From positions 1-64,000 of IMG/VR virus record IMGVR_UViG_3300033994_002454: a stretch of 64,000 nt of DNA, one strand, 5' to 3'. Every line of letters begins with the position of its first letter. The first letter of the stretch is position 1. Source of the DNA: an uncultured virus (IMG/VR IMGVR_UViG_3300033994_002454) (Duplodnaviria; Heunggongvirae; Uroviricota; Caudoviricetes). The translations under genes and the position numbers were made by a program. The notes beneath the pieces were generated by a model. The model did not search any database and was not told the origin of the DNA. It saw nothing but the letters and a program-made list of their open reading frames with translations. This document shows positions 20,702 to 31,545 of the stretch, piece after piece.

Positions 20702-21900
20702 CCGTTTACAACTTTAAAGTAATAGTTATCATCAAAAATTTTAGTAGAACCGTTAATATTAGTTTTAATCAAAATATGATAATATCTTTCAGGTTCTAAT
20801 CCACTCATATATACATCAAAATAATTTCCGTTTTCATTAGAACTAATTTGAGTATAATTGTCATCGAAGTTAACAACATATTCATTAGTAGCCAAGTCTT
20901 TTATTGCATAGTATGAAGAAGTTGGCAAATAATATAAATTAGTAAATAACGAAGACGTTTGATATACTCTAGGAGGATACAACGGACTTACATTTACATA
21001 AAATCTATTTTTACTAGTTGGATAAAATGTACCTGGGTTTTCGGAAAGGGACATTTTTAAGTCAACAGTATCTACAATGCTACTGGTAGCTGAACCGGTT
21101 AATATAGTTGAATAATCTCTCCATCTAAATTCTAGACATGGAGGATAAATTGTATTTGTATCAACACTATAATATTTAAATATAGGTTGAATATATTGAC
21201 TGGTGTTGAATTCTTGAGAACCGGTTAATTTAATTATAAATCCATTATTAGGAATAGACCCTGTAATCCAAGCATTAACTGTATTAGTTACATTAGCTTC
21301 TATATCTTTAATATCACGTAAACTAAATTGAACATGAGATGAACCACTAAAAGCTAATTGAGATAAAACATATCCTGGAAGTACAAATCCTATGGCTACA
21401 TATAAACTTTGAGAAGCATCATAAAACCAGTTTCCACCGCCTATCCCCCCATAAATGTTGCTAAATGAACTGGTGTAAAATATTTGACCAGAAGCATTTA
21501 TATACGATCCTGAAGGAGACCAAACTCCTGAACCGCTAAAATTAGCGAATCTCCAGGATGCTCCATCTTCTTCTTTTGGGTTATCTAAATAATATCCGGT
21601 ACCATTATTCCATGATTGAGCTAAAGGTAAAATTTCTAAAGTAGTATTTTGATTTAAACCTTGAGCTTCTGCGATAAAATTTTTAAGGTATATGTTATAT
21701 TGACTATTACCAATTTTATTAGAACGTATGTCTAATATTTCATTTTGATCAAATTCAACTAAATATCTAGCTACTTCAGGATCTCCACTTATATCTAATT
21801 TATTAGAAGCTTCTAAAATAGCATCCAACCCAGTATTCATTGTTGGGTAAGCAGAATATAACGTAGTATCTTGGGTTGGAAATATTTTATAAACAGCCAT
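20698..21900 (-). CDS. virion structural protein (DNRLRE/CBM96-like domain)
   Basis: IFPTQDTTLYS..NTG..RYLVEFD..NNGFIIK..PCLEFRW pattern. Confidence 0.5.
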   Translation of the reverse strand: MAVYKIFPTQDTTLYSAYPTMNTGLDAILEASNKLDISGDPEVARYLVEFDQNEILDIRSNKIGNSQYNIYLKNFIAEAQGLNQNTTLEILPLAQSWNNGTGYYLDNPKEEDGASWRFANFSGSGVWSPSGSYINASGQIFYTSSFSNIYGGIGGGNWFYDASQSLYVAIGFVLPGYVLSQLAFSGSSHVQFSLRDIKDIEANVTNTVNAWITGSIPNNGFIIKLTGSQEFNTSQYIQPIFKYYSVDTNTIYPPCLEFRWRDYSTILTGSATSSIVDTVDLKMSLSENPGTFYPTSKNRFYVNVSPLYPPRVYQTSSLFTNLYYLPTSSYYAIKDLATNEYVVNFDDNYTQISSNENGNYFDVYMSGLEPERYYHILIKTNINGSTKIFDDNYYFKVVNG

Positions 21901-21926
21901 TATGTTATTTTATTATAAATATAAAA

Positions 21927-23771
21927 TTATAAAGGAACTACCTTACCTTTAATATCTTGATTAGGATATTTTATTTCAAATATACTAGGGTCTAATGAAG
22001 GATAAATTACATTATTTTGAGTAGCTGATGATATATCATAAGCATACTGAGAGTATCCTAAAGTAGTTCCTGTTTTGTTTGAAATATTAATAGATTTAAT
22101 TGTTTGAACTCCTTTAATTTTATCTAATAAAATGTAAAGATCTCTTAACATTATAGGTTGATTTAATTGCCATTTACTTAGATCAAAATATTGTTGTAAA
22201 GCAGAAATACATGCTAATAAAACTTCATTATTATTATATTCTGGAAGTACTATAATTTCAAAATCTATACCTATATTAATTATAAAAGCATCTCTAATTT
22301 CAATATTGTCTCCAATCATTCTATATTGAGACATGTATGTTCTTAAATTATTTTTTAATGCTTCAGTAGCATAATCTAATTGACCACTACTATTTAAAGA
22401 CAAAATGTATAAATTTAGTGTTTCAATAGTTGAAACTTGATTATCTGTTAATTTAGGTTGTTCAATAAACGCTTTAGAAATAGCACCATAATCCGACGGC
22501 ATACTTAAAGCACGAATTAGATAATCATCTGCAGTAACTGAACGTTGTTGGGATGCTATAAGAGTTAGAGTATTTTGACGGATTTCTTCTAATGTGTCCC
22601 CACCTCTACCTCCAGATGCTGCTTCAGGGTTAGTAGCAAAAACAGAATTAAATATATAATCTGATGTTGTGGGGTTAAGATTAAATTGGTTAAAATTAGT
22701 TCTTGTAGTGTTTAAACTATTTAATGTATTAGCAGTAATATTAGAAATAACTCCTCCACCAGTTAAATATCTAACTGTTAATACTGTATTAGAGGGGGAA
22801 ATACCATAAGTCCCAGTATATAAAAAATTAACAGGGGAATATGCTGCTGTAAGTTTATTTTGAGAAAATGGAAGTCCAATACCTACATTATCTGCATTTG
22901 GAGTAATTTCTTCTGTAACATCATTAGGAGCTCCAGCACCAAACTGAATTTGAAGGTTTGATAAAGAAGTAAAACGAGTTGCAAAACGTCTAGCTACTTT
23001 TTTTAATCTTAATAAGTAAGGAGTATCTCCATTTGCATTAGGATCATTAATATTAGTATTTTTAATAGTATCTAATACCATTTCTTGACCTAAATGGTCT
23101 ACTTCATACCATTGATTTCCTTCAGAATCTGTAATGTCTAGTACTTTAATAATGTTAAAGCCCTGTAAGTTTATTGTTTGAAATGATTGGGGGGAACCAA
23201 ATGTAAAATTTTCAGTATTAATAGTAGCAGAAATAGCATTTCTACTCTTTTTTAACAAATAATATTGAGGTATATTACCTGCAATTTGGTAAATAGTAAC
23301 TTCTGTTGGATCTTGAGAACTAGAAACTGAAAAGTCGACTTTACTTTGGATTAAAAATGAAGTTCCATTTTGAGAACTTATAGTTGAATTTTCTCTTACA
23401 GTCAAAGCATAATCATAGTCAGGGACATAATTTCCTCCTACTAATTTAGAAGGTAATTGTTGATATATATCTACTACTGTTTGAGCTACTCCCGTTGTTT
23501 TTGGACGATATCCAAACATATATGCTAAATCAAATACATTTTTTGTTTGTTGAGCATATTGAATAAAAGTTTCTTGAAATTGGTTATCTAAATAAAAACT
23601 TAAAACATCTCCAACATATGAAGCTTGTTCCATAAACATCATACCTGGGGAAGCAGGGGAAAAGTCATTATATGTTTGGGGAAAATATGTTCTAGAATAT
23701 TCTATTAGTCGTGATCTAAATTCAGAAAAGTCACGGTTAATATATCTTATATCTCTATTTGTAGTAGCCAT
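21927..23771 (-). CDS. baseplate wedge subunit (T4 gp6 / baseplate J-like)
   Basis: DFSEFRSRLIEY..YNDF..SPGMMFME..SFYLD; IQFGAG; ASGG..DTLEEIR; RSVTADDY. Confidence 0.9.
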   Translation of the reverse strand: MATTNRDIRYINRDFSEFRSRLIEYSRTYFPQTYNDFSPASPGMMFMEQASYVGDVLSFYLDNQFQETFIQYAQQTKNVFDLAYMFGYRPKTTGVAQTVVDIYQQLPSKLVGGNYVPDYDYALTVRENSTISSQNGTSFLIQSKVDFSVSSSQDPTEVTIYQIAGNIPQYYLLKKSRNAISATINTENFTFGSPQSFQTINLQGFNIIKVLDITDSEGNQWYEVDHLGQEMVLDTIKNTNINDPNANGDTPYLLRLKKVARRFATRFTSLSNLQIQFGAGAPNDVTEEITPNADNVGIGLPFSQNKLTAAYSPVNFLYTGTYGISPSNTVLTVRYLTGGGVISNITANTLNSLNTTRTNFNQFNLNPTTSDYIFNSVFATNPEAASGGRGGDTLEEIRQNTLTLIASQQRSVTADDYLIRALSMPSDYGAISKAFIEQPKLTDNQVSTIETLNLYILSLNSSGQLDYATEALKNNLRTYMSQYRMIGDNIEIRDAFIINIGIDFEIIVLPEYNNNEVLLACISALQQYFDLSKWQLNQPIMLRDLYILLDKIKGVQTIKSINISNKTGTTLGYSQYAYDISSATQNNVIYPSLDPSIFEIKYPNQDIKGKVVPL

Positions 23772-23772
23772 C

Positions 23773-24177
23773 TTAAAGTTGAAGTGTTAAAGTATCGTTT
23801 ACGTTAGAATTGGCAATTGAATATTTTAATTGCACTGTCAAAGTATTATTATCTGGATCTTGAAGGATTTCTAATGAATTAATAGTAATATTAGGGAATA
23901 CTGAAGCTATGTTAGAAGAAATTTTGGATTCTAAACCTATTAAGGTTCCTTCTGTAATCTGATCGAATAAAAAAGCTCTTAAACCTCCACCAAAAGTAGG
24001 ATTTAATGGGTATTCTCCGGGGTTAGTTAAAAAATAGTTTATTAAATTATTTTTAACAGCTTGAGCGGTCAGATAATTAGGAGTAAAAACAGATGGACCA
24101 TTAAAAGGTAAGTTCACCCCAATAGCAACGTTTGGATTTAAATCAAGTGGGTTAACCTGTTGGGGATTAAATGGCAT
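23773..24177 (-). CDS. baseplate wedge subunit gp25-like
   Basis: VKNNLINYFLTNPGEYPLNPTFGGGLRAFLFD. Confidence 0.9.
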   Translation of the reverse strand: MPFNPQQVNPLDLNPNVAIGVNLPFNGPSVFTPNYLTAQAVKNNLINYFLTNPGEYPLNPTFGGGLRAFLFDQITEGTLIGLESKISSNIASVFPNITINSLEILQDPDNNTLTVQLKYSIANSNVNDTLTLQL

Positions 24178-24524
24178 TATTTACTATTTAATAAATTCAT
24201 AATTTGATCCATACCTACTTCACCAGCACCTAGATTACCATTTATAGGGTCACTTACTTGAGGTCGAAATGGGACTTGAGCATCACGTGATGTAAAACTT
24301 AAAGCAGTCTCATTCATAACATCCATATATGCTTTTCTTGTATCCATTACAGGTGGAGTAAAGGTTGGATTGTTAGGTTGAGAAGGAATTGTGTTTGGTG
24401 TAACTGATTCTCTAACAACTGTTTTAGGTGTTCTAACTGCTTCTAAAAGAATTTCTTTTAATTCTTCTTGAATTACTTCTCGTACTGCTTCTTTAATTAA
24501 TTTTTTAAAATCTGTACTTTTCAT
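24177..24524 (-). CDS. hypothetical protein with KKLIKEAVRE leader
   Basis: 115-aa ORF downstream of late-type promoter motif. Confidence 0.6.
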   Translation of the reverse strand: MKSTDFKKLIKEAVREVIQEELKEILLEAVRTPKTVVRESVTPNTIPSQPNNPTFTPPVMDTRKAYMDVMNETALSFTSRDAQVPFRPQVSDPINGNLGAGEVGMDQIMNLLNSK

Positions 24525-24542
24525 ATGATTATAAATATAGGG

Positions 24543-25697
24543 TTAATCGGCTTTTAAATTATTTTGTTGAATATAGAATATAAGTTCATCAATTAATATC
24601 TGATCAATTGAGCTAAATGACCATTCTCCTTTTAACAATACAACACCTTGTTTATTTGTTGCTGTTGCTCTTCTACGTTTTAATGGTTTATCTGTTACTT
24701 CAGTTTCAACCCCCATTGTAAATCCATTTACATCTACAACTACAGGAGATAATTGTTGTGATTGGGTGTTTGTTAAAGCTGTGAGTTCTATAGCAACTCT
24801 TTCTTGTTCAGCATCAGGATAACATTTTTGAACTAATTGATCAAGTAAATTAAGCAGTTGAAGAGCTTGTAAAAGTACTTGTCTTAATAGAACTAAAATA
24901 GATAATATACTGGTGTTTATATTTCTTAATTTGCCTATGAGTTTATCAAGTCTGTCTTTATTATCCTGAATGGCTAGCACAACATTAGTTGGGAGACCAG
25001 GTACACCAGGAACACCAGTAGATGTCGGGATTGGAAGATTTTTTAGTATGTTAAATGCTATATCTAACCCTTCAATAATACCTCCAGTTACTCCTAATGC
25101 TTTAGTAGTATTGTCTATTAATTTTAAAGTATTATTTAATTGTCTAACTAATTTATTTTTTCGGTTTATTAAAGCTGTTAGTTCAGGTTGAGTAGGACAA
25201 CTTGCTTGATCTAAATATTTTGTAAATTGTTCTGGGTTAATGTTGGATACTTGGGTTATTCCAAAACCTGCTATCATAGTTAATATAGAAGGAATTAAAG
25301 TTGATTTAATAGTACCTATTTGATTAGATAAACGTTCTTGAGCAAAATAATCTGCTCCTTTATTCCCTTTAGAAAGTTCTTCTATTTGTGCTCTACTAAG
25401 TTGAGATGAACTAAGTTTTTCTTGGGCTAAAGAAGGAATTAAAGGTTGTAGTTGAATTACACCTAAATCGGTTTTTAAAGTATTATCCCCTTTATACAAA
25501 GCAGGTTCAGTAAATTGAAAACCAGGAGCATTTACAGTCATAGATAAACTTCCACTTTCAGGAATATTTCCGTCAATTGTAAAATTCCCATTAGTATCAG
25601 TAAAAACAAATGTAATAGGAGAAATAGATACTTTAGCACCCTTAATAGGATCTAAAGATTGCCCATTTACAACTACTCCTTTTATAGAATACATCAT
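24543..25697 (-). CDS. structural-module protein: carboxypeptidase-regulatory-like beta domain plus helical region
   Basis: IKGVVV..PIKGAKV..TDTNGNFTI..APGF. Confidence 0.55.
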   Translation of the reverse strand: MMYSIKGVVVNGQSLDPIKGAKVSISPITFVFTDTNGNFTIDGNIPESGSLSMTVNAPGFQFTEPALYKGDNTLKTDLGVIQLQPLIPSLAQEKLSSSQLSRAQIEELSKGNKGADYFAQERLSNQIGTIKSTLIPSILTMIAGFGITQVSNINPEQFTKYLDQASCPTQPELTALINRKNKLVRQLNNTLKLIDNTTKALGVTGGIIEGLDIAFNILKNLPIPTSTGVPGVPGLPTNVVLAIQDNKDRLDKLIGKLRNINTSILSILVLLRQVLLQALQLLNLLDQLVQKCYPDAEQERVAIELTALTNTQSQQLSPVVVDVNGFTMGVETEVTDKPLKRRRATATNKQGVVLLKGEWSFSSIDQILIDELIFYIQQNNLKAD

Positions 25698-26974
25698 ACT
25701 GTTTTAACTGTTTTAGATTTAACACTATCTATTTCATTATAAACTGTTCCAAAAACTTGTAAAGCTGAAGTAGCTGTGGTTAAAAGTAATGGGTTTGGTG
25801 CTGCTACTCCTCCAGGCCAGTCTTGAACTGCTTTTAAAGCTTCAGATAAATTTTGCAATTCAGTAATTAATATTTTTAAATATTCTACGGTTTCGTCACC
25901 TCTTAAAACAGCTTGATTAGCATTTACACTACCTAATTTAACCAATTTACTAGCAATACCTATTTCATTTGTAGATTCTATATTAACACTATTGTTTGAT
26001 GATATGCCAACTGAATTTTGTCCACTAATTAAAATACTATCTGTTTTAGCATTTAAAACAATTCTATTTGAATTTAGAATAATTTGAGGGTTAGCGAATT
26101 GGGAAGGTAAAGTTGGTTTAGTAGTATAAGAAACAAAGTTTTCATTTGCTATACTAAAAGGAATTTTTTGATAAGAAGTTAGGTATATTGAAGATAAATC
26201 TTGAGATATATCTTCTACAATAGGGATCCATCCTTTATCACTAACGTTAGTAGGTTGTCCATTTCTTATTATAGTAATAGGATCACCATTAGTACCCGCA
26301 GTTGACCAATTATTATCTATTGAACTTTTTGATTTTGCAGTACTACCAAAACGTAAACTTTGCCCATGTCTTCCTTCAAGTAATGAATCACCCATATAAG
26401 GCATTAAAGGGTGAATATCTGTTTTTTCAACAAACGTATTTTGAGACGGATTAATAGGGCTATTTAAATTAATTCCTGTTGAATTATCTGTTACTTGTCT
26501 TACTAAACCGTTTTCTACCGTTTTATAATCATTAGATTGTTTAACACTAATAAAATCTGAAGGGTCTGGGTAAGCATCATGATGGGGATGGTTCCAAATA
26601 CCTAAAGGTTTTAAATAAAAATATGATTGACTTGAAGTATTTTGTCCTTGATTTTGATTAGGTAAAGAAAATAATAATACTATTTCATTTACTAATGGAT
26701 ATGTTTTAATTTGTGAATCGTAAGGTAAAGCAAAATTTGTAGGATTTTTTGTTCCTGATTGATTAACAAATTCATAAAATATAGCTCCTATTCCATTCCA
26801 TTCTCCTACGTCTGCAAATCTAGGATGGTTTTCATCTAAAACAATATCAATAACTCTAGCTGCAACTAATTGAGATTTTAAATCGTTAATTTGATTTTGT
26901 AAGTCTGGGGTTGAAGAAACAGAAGGTATTCCTTGGGTTGAATTAGTAACACCTGTTCTATATGTAACACCCAT
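25694..26974 (-). CDS. baseplate hub/central spike protein (gp5/gpV-like)
   Basis: OB-fold YPLVNEIVLL; GDSLLEGRHGQSLRFG; beta-helical repeats; AVLRGD. Confidence 0.65.
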   Translation of the reverse strand: MGVTYRTGVTNSTQGIPSVSSTPDLQNQINDLKSQLVAARVIDIVLDENHPRFADVGEWNGIGAIFYEFVNQSGTKNPTNFALPYDSQIKTYPLVNEIVLLFSLPNQNQGQNTSSQSYFYLKPLGIWNHPHHDAYPDPSDFISVKQSNDYKTVENGLVRQVTDNSTGINLNSPINPSQNTFVEKTDIHPLMPYMGDSLLEGRHGQSLRFGSTAKSKSSIDNNWSTAGTNGDPITIIRNGQPTNVSDKGWIPIVEDISQDLSSIYLTSYQKIPFSIANENFVSYTTKPTLPSQFANPQIILNSNRIVLNAKTDSILISGQNSVGISSNNSVNIESTNEIGIASKLVKLGSVNANQAVLRGDETVEYLKILITELQNLSEALKAVQDWPGGVAAPNPLLLTTATSALQVFGTVYNEIDSVKSKTVKTV

Positions 26975-27312
26975 TAGTCTTTTGGATTAAATTTTTTAAC
27001 TTCAGATAGCAATTGTGCTTTTTCATCTTCAGTCATTCCAAACCCTTCATCTTCCGATTTACCAGTAGCTAAAGCACGTTGGATAATAGTAGCCATTTTA
27101 ATTAGCTGCTCATCATTTTTAATTCCTAATTCCATGTATTCCTTAATTAAAGGAACTATTAGTGTAGCATCACCAATATCATTAATAAGTGGTTTTAGTT
27201 CACCTATCAAAGCAGTAATTTGTTGCTCTTTTTTCTTTTGGTTTTCGTAAATTTCTTTTAAAATATCAGAAAATTTTTTCTTACCAAATACGTTTGATTC
27301 TAGATTGCTCAT
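26974..27312 (-). CDS. conserved phage hypothetical protein
   Basis: Helical 112-aa ORF with late-type promoter motif at 27326. Confidence 0.6.
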   Translation of the reverse strand: MSNLESNVFGKKKFSDILKEIYENQKKKEQQITALIGELKPLINDIGDATLIVPLIKEYMELGIKNDEQLIKMATIIQRALATGKSEDEGFGMTEDEKAQLLSEVKKFNPKD

Positions 27313-27340
27313 ATGTATTGTTTTTTATAAATATAAACAA

Positions 27341-28078
27341 TTACGAGAGTTGGAAATCCATGTACCCTTGTTCCAAATAAAATAAATAGTTTTTCTTAAA
27401 TATATCATATAAAACCCCAGCTATTTTTGTAATTTTAGGAGTTTTAGCGTCTGGGATCATTTCGTGGATGTAAATGTAAAGGGCTTTTTTATTAAATACA
27501 TCTATACTGTCTCGTTTTCTAAATAGTTCTAAAACAGCATCTGCAATTTTTGCATCATATTCTTTGGGAAATATTTCATATAAATTACAACTTACAAATT
27601 CAACATACTCATCCATAAATTGAGATAAACGGTCATTAGTGTTTGTTGGTTCTATAGTATATGAATGGGTATCATCTTTTAACAATTCATCAGTTGATAC
27701 TTTACTAACCTTACTTTTGTAATTTTTTTCATTATATAAAATACACCAACGTTTTACAATTGTACCAAAATATGAATACGCTTTAGCTCCATTTTGGGGA
27801 TTGAAAAGATGCATTTTAGAAAGTAAAAACACAATTATTTCATGCTGTAAATGTTCTAAATTTTCTACTTCAGTATGATAAAATTTAAACGTATGAATTA
27901 TGTTCTGGGTTAGCTTGAAAAAAGGATAATGGATTTTATCTTCATATATTTTACTTTTTAAAACTGGGTCAATCGTATTATTATATAATACAATAGCATT
28001 TTCAGTCTCTTGAGTAAAATAGTTTTTACTAACTGGTTTTTTAGCCATTTTAGCTGAATTTTCTGAGGTTGAATTCAT
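27341..28078 (-). CDS. phage sigma factor, T4 gp55-like
   Basis: NYFT N-terminus and FNP..KAYSYFGTIVKR, resembling gp55 region 2 (NPFAYFTQI); start may be MAKKP at 28048. Confidence 0.7.
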   Translation of the reverse strand: MNSTSENSAKMAKKPVSKNYFTQETENAIVLYNNTIDPVLKSKIYEDKIHYPFFKLTQNIIHTFKFYHTEVENLEHLQHEIIVFLLSKMHLFNPQNGAKAYSYFGTIVKRWCILYNEKNYKSKVSKVSTDELLKDDTHSYTIEPTNTNDRLSQFMDEYVEFVSCNLYEIFPKEYDAKIADAVLELFRKRDSIDVFNKKALYIYIHEMIPDAKTPKITKIAGVLYDIFKKNYLFYLEQGYMDFQLS

Positions 28079-28337
28079 TTAGGATTTCTTGGATTTTTAA
28101 AATTGATTGAAATATAACCCCAACTTCATCATCTTTTTCAAACACACCTCCTCGATCTAATTCTCTCAATTTCTTATCAGAAATCTCAATTGTACGAGAT
28201 AAACGGTCTAAATAAGCTAAATATCCGGCTACAATATCTTCTTGTTTTTCATTTTTTCTTAGAAGATTAAAAGTCGTGAACCCTAGGACCACGACTAAAA
28301 CTGCTAATACACAGCAAATAATTGTTAAAGCTATCAT
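28050..28337 (-). CDS. small membrane-anchored protein
   Basis: N-terminal hydrophobic helix. Confidence 0.55.
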   Translation of the reverse strand: MIALTIICCVLAVLVVVLGFTTFNLLRKNEKQEDIVAGYLAYLDRLSRTIEISDKKLRELDRGGVFEKDDEVGVIFQSILKIQEILNEFNLRKFS

Positions 28338-29128
28338 AAGTTATCTAACATATTTTTTAAACCATCACTTTTGAACGAACCTAAAGCTTTGGTTTTGGTT
28401 GATGTCTTTTTAGACATGTTGGGTTTATTCCCCAATGTAAAATTTCCTTTTCCGGTATCCACGGATTTTTTACCTTCTTTTAATTTAGGTAACCATTCAC
28501 GTTCAAATTCAATACGTGCTGCCATTAAATCTGCCTGGTGTAAGATAAAAGGTAATGAGGTCCTTGGTTTTTGTTCTGGCATATAGGCCATAAGGTATTT
28601 CTCATTTGCCTTATCATATAAACCATCATGGGTTTGAATGGCTAACATTTCGTTAAATGTATACTGGATACCATGTGATTGAAGTAAAAATAAACCTCTA
28701 TCTGGGACTGAAGCAAATGGAACTTTTGTATTAAACATATAATCTTCTCCTAATTTATCTTTTCTCCATTGATCAGTCTGGGGAATATATGAATCTTCCA
28801 CTTCATCACCCATTTTCCCTAAATCATGGTTTAGGGCTGAGAATACAAGTTCTTCAATTGTAAAAGTAGACATATCACATCCTTCATCTTCCCATAATTG
28901 AGCCTGTTTAAATGCGCATCGAATAACGCGTAAAACATGTTCTACATATCCTCCTGGGAAAGCATTATGGTATTCTTTTTTATGCGCAGCAGGCATTAAC
29001 ATTAAACGATCAGCATATTGCTCATAAAATTCTAGAAGTTTTTCCCTACGTGGAGAAGATATTTCATTGGAAATAATAAGCATTAATTCATTCCAATTAT
29101 CTTGGATTTGTTCGGCAGTAAGATTCAT
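28334..29128 (-). CDS. HD-domain phosphohydrolase (YhaM-like)
   Basis: YHNAFPGGYVEHV, NHDLGK, HDG, LHQAD. Confidence 0.85.
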   Translation of the reverse strand: MNLTAEQIQDNWNELMLIISNEISSPRREKLLEFYEQYADRLMLMPAAHKKEYHNAFPGGYVEHVLRVIRCAFKQAQLWEDEGCDMSTFTIEELVFSALNHDLGKMGDEVEDSYIPQTDQWRKDKLGEDYMFNTKVPFASVPDRGLFLLQSHGIQYTFNEMLAIQTHDGLYDKANEKYLMAYMPEQKPRTSLPFILHQADLMAARIEFEREWLPKLKEGKKSVDTGKGNFTLGNKPNMSKKTSTKTKALGSFKSDGLKNMLDNL

Positions 29129-29145
29129 AACTTTTATTTATTTAA

Positions 29146-29313
29146 TTAATTTTCACGTTCTACAATTGCTTGAGTATCTTCTTGAAGTTCAAAAAGTTCT
29201 CTTAAAATTTCACGAGCTGTTTCTACATTTCGTTCGTTTAGAGCAAGTCTTAAACGTTTTAATTTTCCTTCAATAGACTCCAAGCGTCTCAATACTAATT
29301 CTTTATTTTTCAT
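29146..29313 (-). CDS. small coiled-coil protein (55 aa)
   Basis: Manual translation MKNKELVLRRLESIEGKLKRL..; below ORF-track cutoff. Confidence 0.5.
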   Translation of the reverse strand: MKNKELVLRRLESIEGKLKRLRLALNERNVETAREILRELFELQEDTQAIVEREN

Positions 29314-29398
29314 TTTATTTTATTTACTTATTTTTTTTATAACATTTATTTATTTCAATAATAATATTAAAATATAAATTAAAGGTAATAACTTTCTT

Positions 29399-29848
29399 TT
29401 ACGTAGTCACGGATTCTTTAAGATTTTTTTTAACTAGATCTTGAATCTTTTTTAAGTGGGCACACTTTTCATATTCTTCTGTACTTTCAAAGTAATTCAT
29501 AGAAAGCTTTACTGCAACTAAAAATTCTTCATTTGAATATTTTTTTAAATCCCCTCTCCAGGTTTTACTTCTAAATTTAAAACCCTCAATCCAAAAATAG
29601 GCCCTAGTAAACATCATGAATTCTCCAGCTTCATCAATCCCTTTTAAATCTAACTCAGCATCTGTTTTAGAGAAAAAGTCTAAAACCTGTTTTTTAAAAC
29701 TAGTTCCATTCATAATTAACTTATAAAACATCCCTAGCTTAAAGTGTGGTGTTTCTTTATAAGCTAATAACTCTCCCTTTAACTTTTTATCTTTCTTAGA
29801 ATCCTCAGGAAACCCAAAAAGCGCAAATATTCCACTTAAAGCCATCAT
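29399..29848 (-). CDS. protein with C-terminal UVR (UvrB/UvrC) motif
   Basis: EEYEKCAHLKK. Confidence 0.55.
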   Translation of the reverse strand: MMALSGIFALFGFPEDSKKDKKLKGELLAYKETPHFKLGMFYKLIMNGTSFKKQVLDFFSKTDAELDLKGIDEAGEFMMFTRAYFWIEGFKFRSKTWRGDLKKYSNEEFLVAVKLSMNYFESTEEYEKCAHLKKIQDLVKKNLKESVTT

Positions 29849-29914
29849 TCTATATGTATATATTATTCTAAATTAAAATCTACGTGTAAAATCGTTGATT
29901 TCGAACATAAATAT

Positions 29915-30367
29915 TTAATCAAACTGTTCTCCAATTTTTCTTATAACTTGTTTAGCCTCATCTAAAGAAACATAGAAAAATTCTCTTTCACCTCTTACTC
30001 TTTTCTCTTTTAAAAGCTTGTGAACTTCTTTTTCGATACGCTCCCCATTAAAACAACTATACGAATATACAACATCAAATGGCATAGGAACGCCGGTTGA
30101 TTTACTTAATTGTACAGCACGTTCTTCGGGATCATGTTTTGTATAACCTATTTTTAACATTTCAGGCATTGAAGGATTAACTAATACATAAACATATTGA
30201 TCACCTTTTTTACCATCAATACTTTGTCTTAAACGTCCAGTATAATATTCGACAACATCCCAACCATCACTATCTTTTTTGATTGAAAAATATTTGGGAG
30301 ATGGGGCTAAAGGCGTTCTACAATACGGAACATAACCTTTAGCCTCTTCAAGTGTTAAACGTTTCAC
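29915..30367 (-). CDS. T5orf172 / GIY-YIG family protein
   Basis: YVYVLVN..LKIGYT..PEERAVQLS..TGVP..F..E..H..REFF. Confidence 0.85.
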   Translation of the reverse strand: MKRLTLEEAKGYVPYCRTPLAPSPKYFSIKKDSDGWDVVEYYTGRLRQSIDGKKGDQYVYVLVNPSMPEMLKIGYTKHDPEERAVQLSKSTGVPMPFDVVYSYSCFNGERIEKEVHKLLKEKRVRGEREFFYVSLDEAKQVIRKIGEQFD

Positions 30368-30609
30368 TAGAACCGAGCTTGAGCGTTTGCACCTTTATAC
30401 CATGGAAGTCCTTCTCTGTTTTTTAAAGCTTCTTTCCATTGTGCTTCCGTCATTTTAATTCCGTTGAGGTAATACTCTCTTTTACGTTTGTTTCCTTCGG
30501 GAATTAAAGCCGGACCTTCCCAATTGTGAAGTTTCCCATCAAACATATACATGATAGTTCCGTCTGCAGTTCTAACTTTTCTACTTGGTTGATACTTTTG
30601 GTTTTCCAT
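30367..30609 (-). CDS. LHxxxGPA-repeat family small protein
   Basis: GKLHNWEGPALI..EYYLNG. Confidence 0.6.
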   Translation of the reverse strand: MENQKYQPSRKVRTADGTIMYMFDGKLHNWEGPALIPEGNKRKREYYLNGIKMTEAQWKEALKNREGLPWYKGANAQARF

Positions 30610-30839
30610 TTTTTTATTTATTTAAAATAAAACATCTGATAAAATGTCTCCTATTATGCACCCTGCTAAAAATGCTAATCCGAATAACCCAGTAAAACTA
30701 AATGCTACATACAATGCAATGATTGCTGAAATTTTAATTCCTTTGTTTTCTACTTTACTTAACATAACCTTTATTTTTATTTATTTATACTGTTAGTATA
30801 CGAATAAAAAATATAAGATCCAAGGATCTTTTAAAGTTT

Positions 30840-31196
30840 TTAAGAAATTGTGAGGGTAAATTCCCCTCCTCCTAACATGTAATAGGTAGTTCCGGTTACA
30901 TTATTAGCGGGGGTAAAAGTAAAAAATGAAGAACAATTACCTGGGACTACAAATCCAGTAATATAGGAAGAAGAAACTAGAGTACCTAGTTCTAAACTAC
31001 TTGATATAGTATATGAACCTGAAAAGTTTTGTGGTGAATTTGAATCATAGAAACCACTTGAAGTTCTTACTGTTTCTAGAACAAAGTAAGTAGAAGAACT
31101 TGGGTTAGCAAATGTAAATGTTTTTGTAACACCTGATGAAATGTTTTCACCAATAGAGCCTGTTCCTTTTAATTGTGAGGGAGTATAAGTTGCCAT
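30840..31196 (-). CDS. Ser/Thr-rich beta protein, possible virion decoration
   Basis: Composition like the structural module; late-type motif at 31304. Confidence 0.5.
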   Translation of the reverse strand: MATYTPSQLKGTGSIGENISSGVTKTFTFANPSSSTYFVLETVRTSSGFYDSNSPQNFSGSYTISSSLELGTLVSSSYITGFVVPGNCSSFFTFTPANNVTGTTYYMLGGGEFTLTIS

Positions 31197-31314
31197 TTTA
31201 TTTATTAAGTATTACTTCGAACAAACTAATTATACCACAAATAATAATTGCAATAGAACCAATTGTGAAATGAACTGGGAGCATCAATATATTTTTCATG
31301 GTGATAAATATTGG

Positions 31315-31509
31315 TTATTCAAGTAATTTGGATATTTTTTTAAGATCGTCTAACATGTTTGATAAAATACCTTTTTTAAACGCGTTATAGTCTTCTTGGT
31401 CTTTTCTAGGAAAAGCTACTAAATAACAACCCCTTTCATCCTTTGGGTAAAAGTAAAATCCTTTTCTTATTTTCTTTTTTGTTTTTCTTGGTAGTCTAAA
31501 TTTTGCCAT
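31315..31509 (-). CDS. small basic hypothetical protein
   Basis: Likely start MAKFRLPRK at 31509, directly behind a class-B promoter (31517-31545). Confidence 0.55.
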   Translation of the reverse strand: MAKFRLPRKTKKKIRKGFYFYPKDERGCYLVAFPRKDQEDYNAFKKGILSNMLDDLKKISKLLE

Positions 31510-31545
31510 GGTCTGTAATATACATATATATTTTGTCGATGCCAA

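Noticed and set aside
28334..29128. HD protein as DatZ of a 2-aminoadenine (Z) genome system
   Set aside because: No purZ or mazZ in the window, and the motif layout looks YhaM-like.
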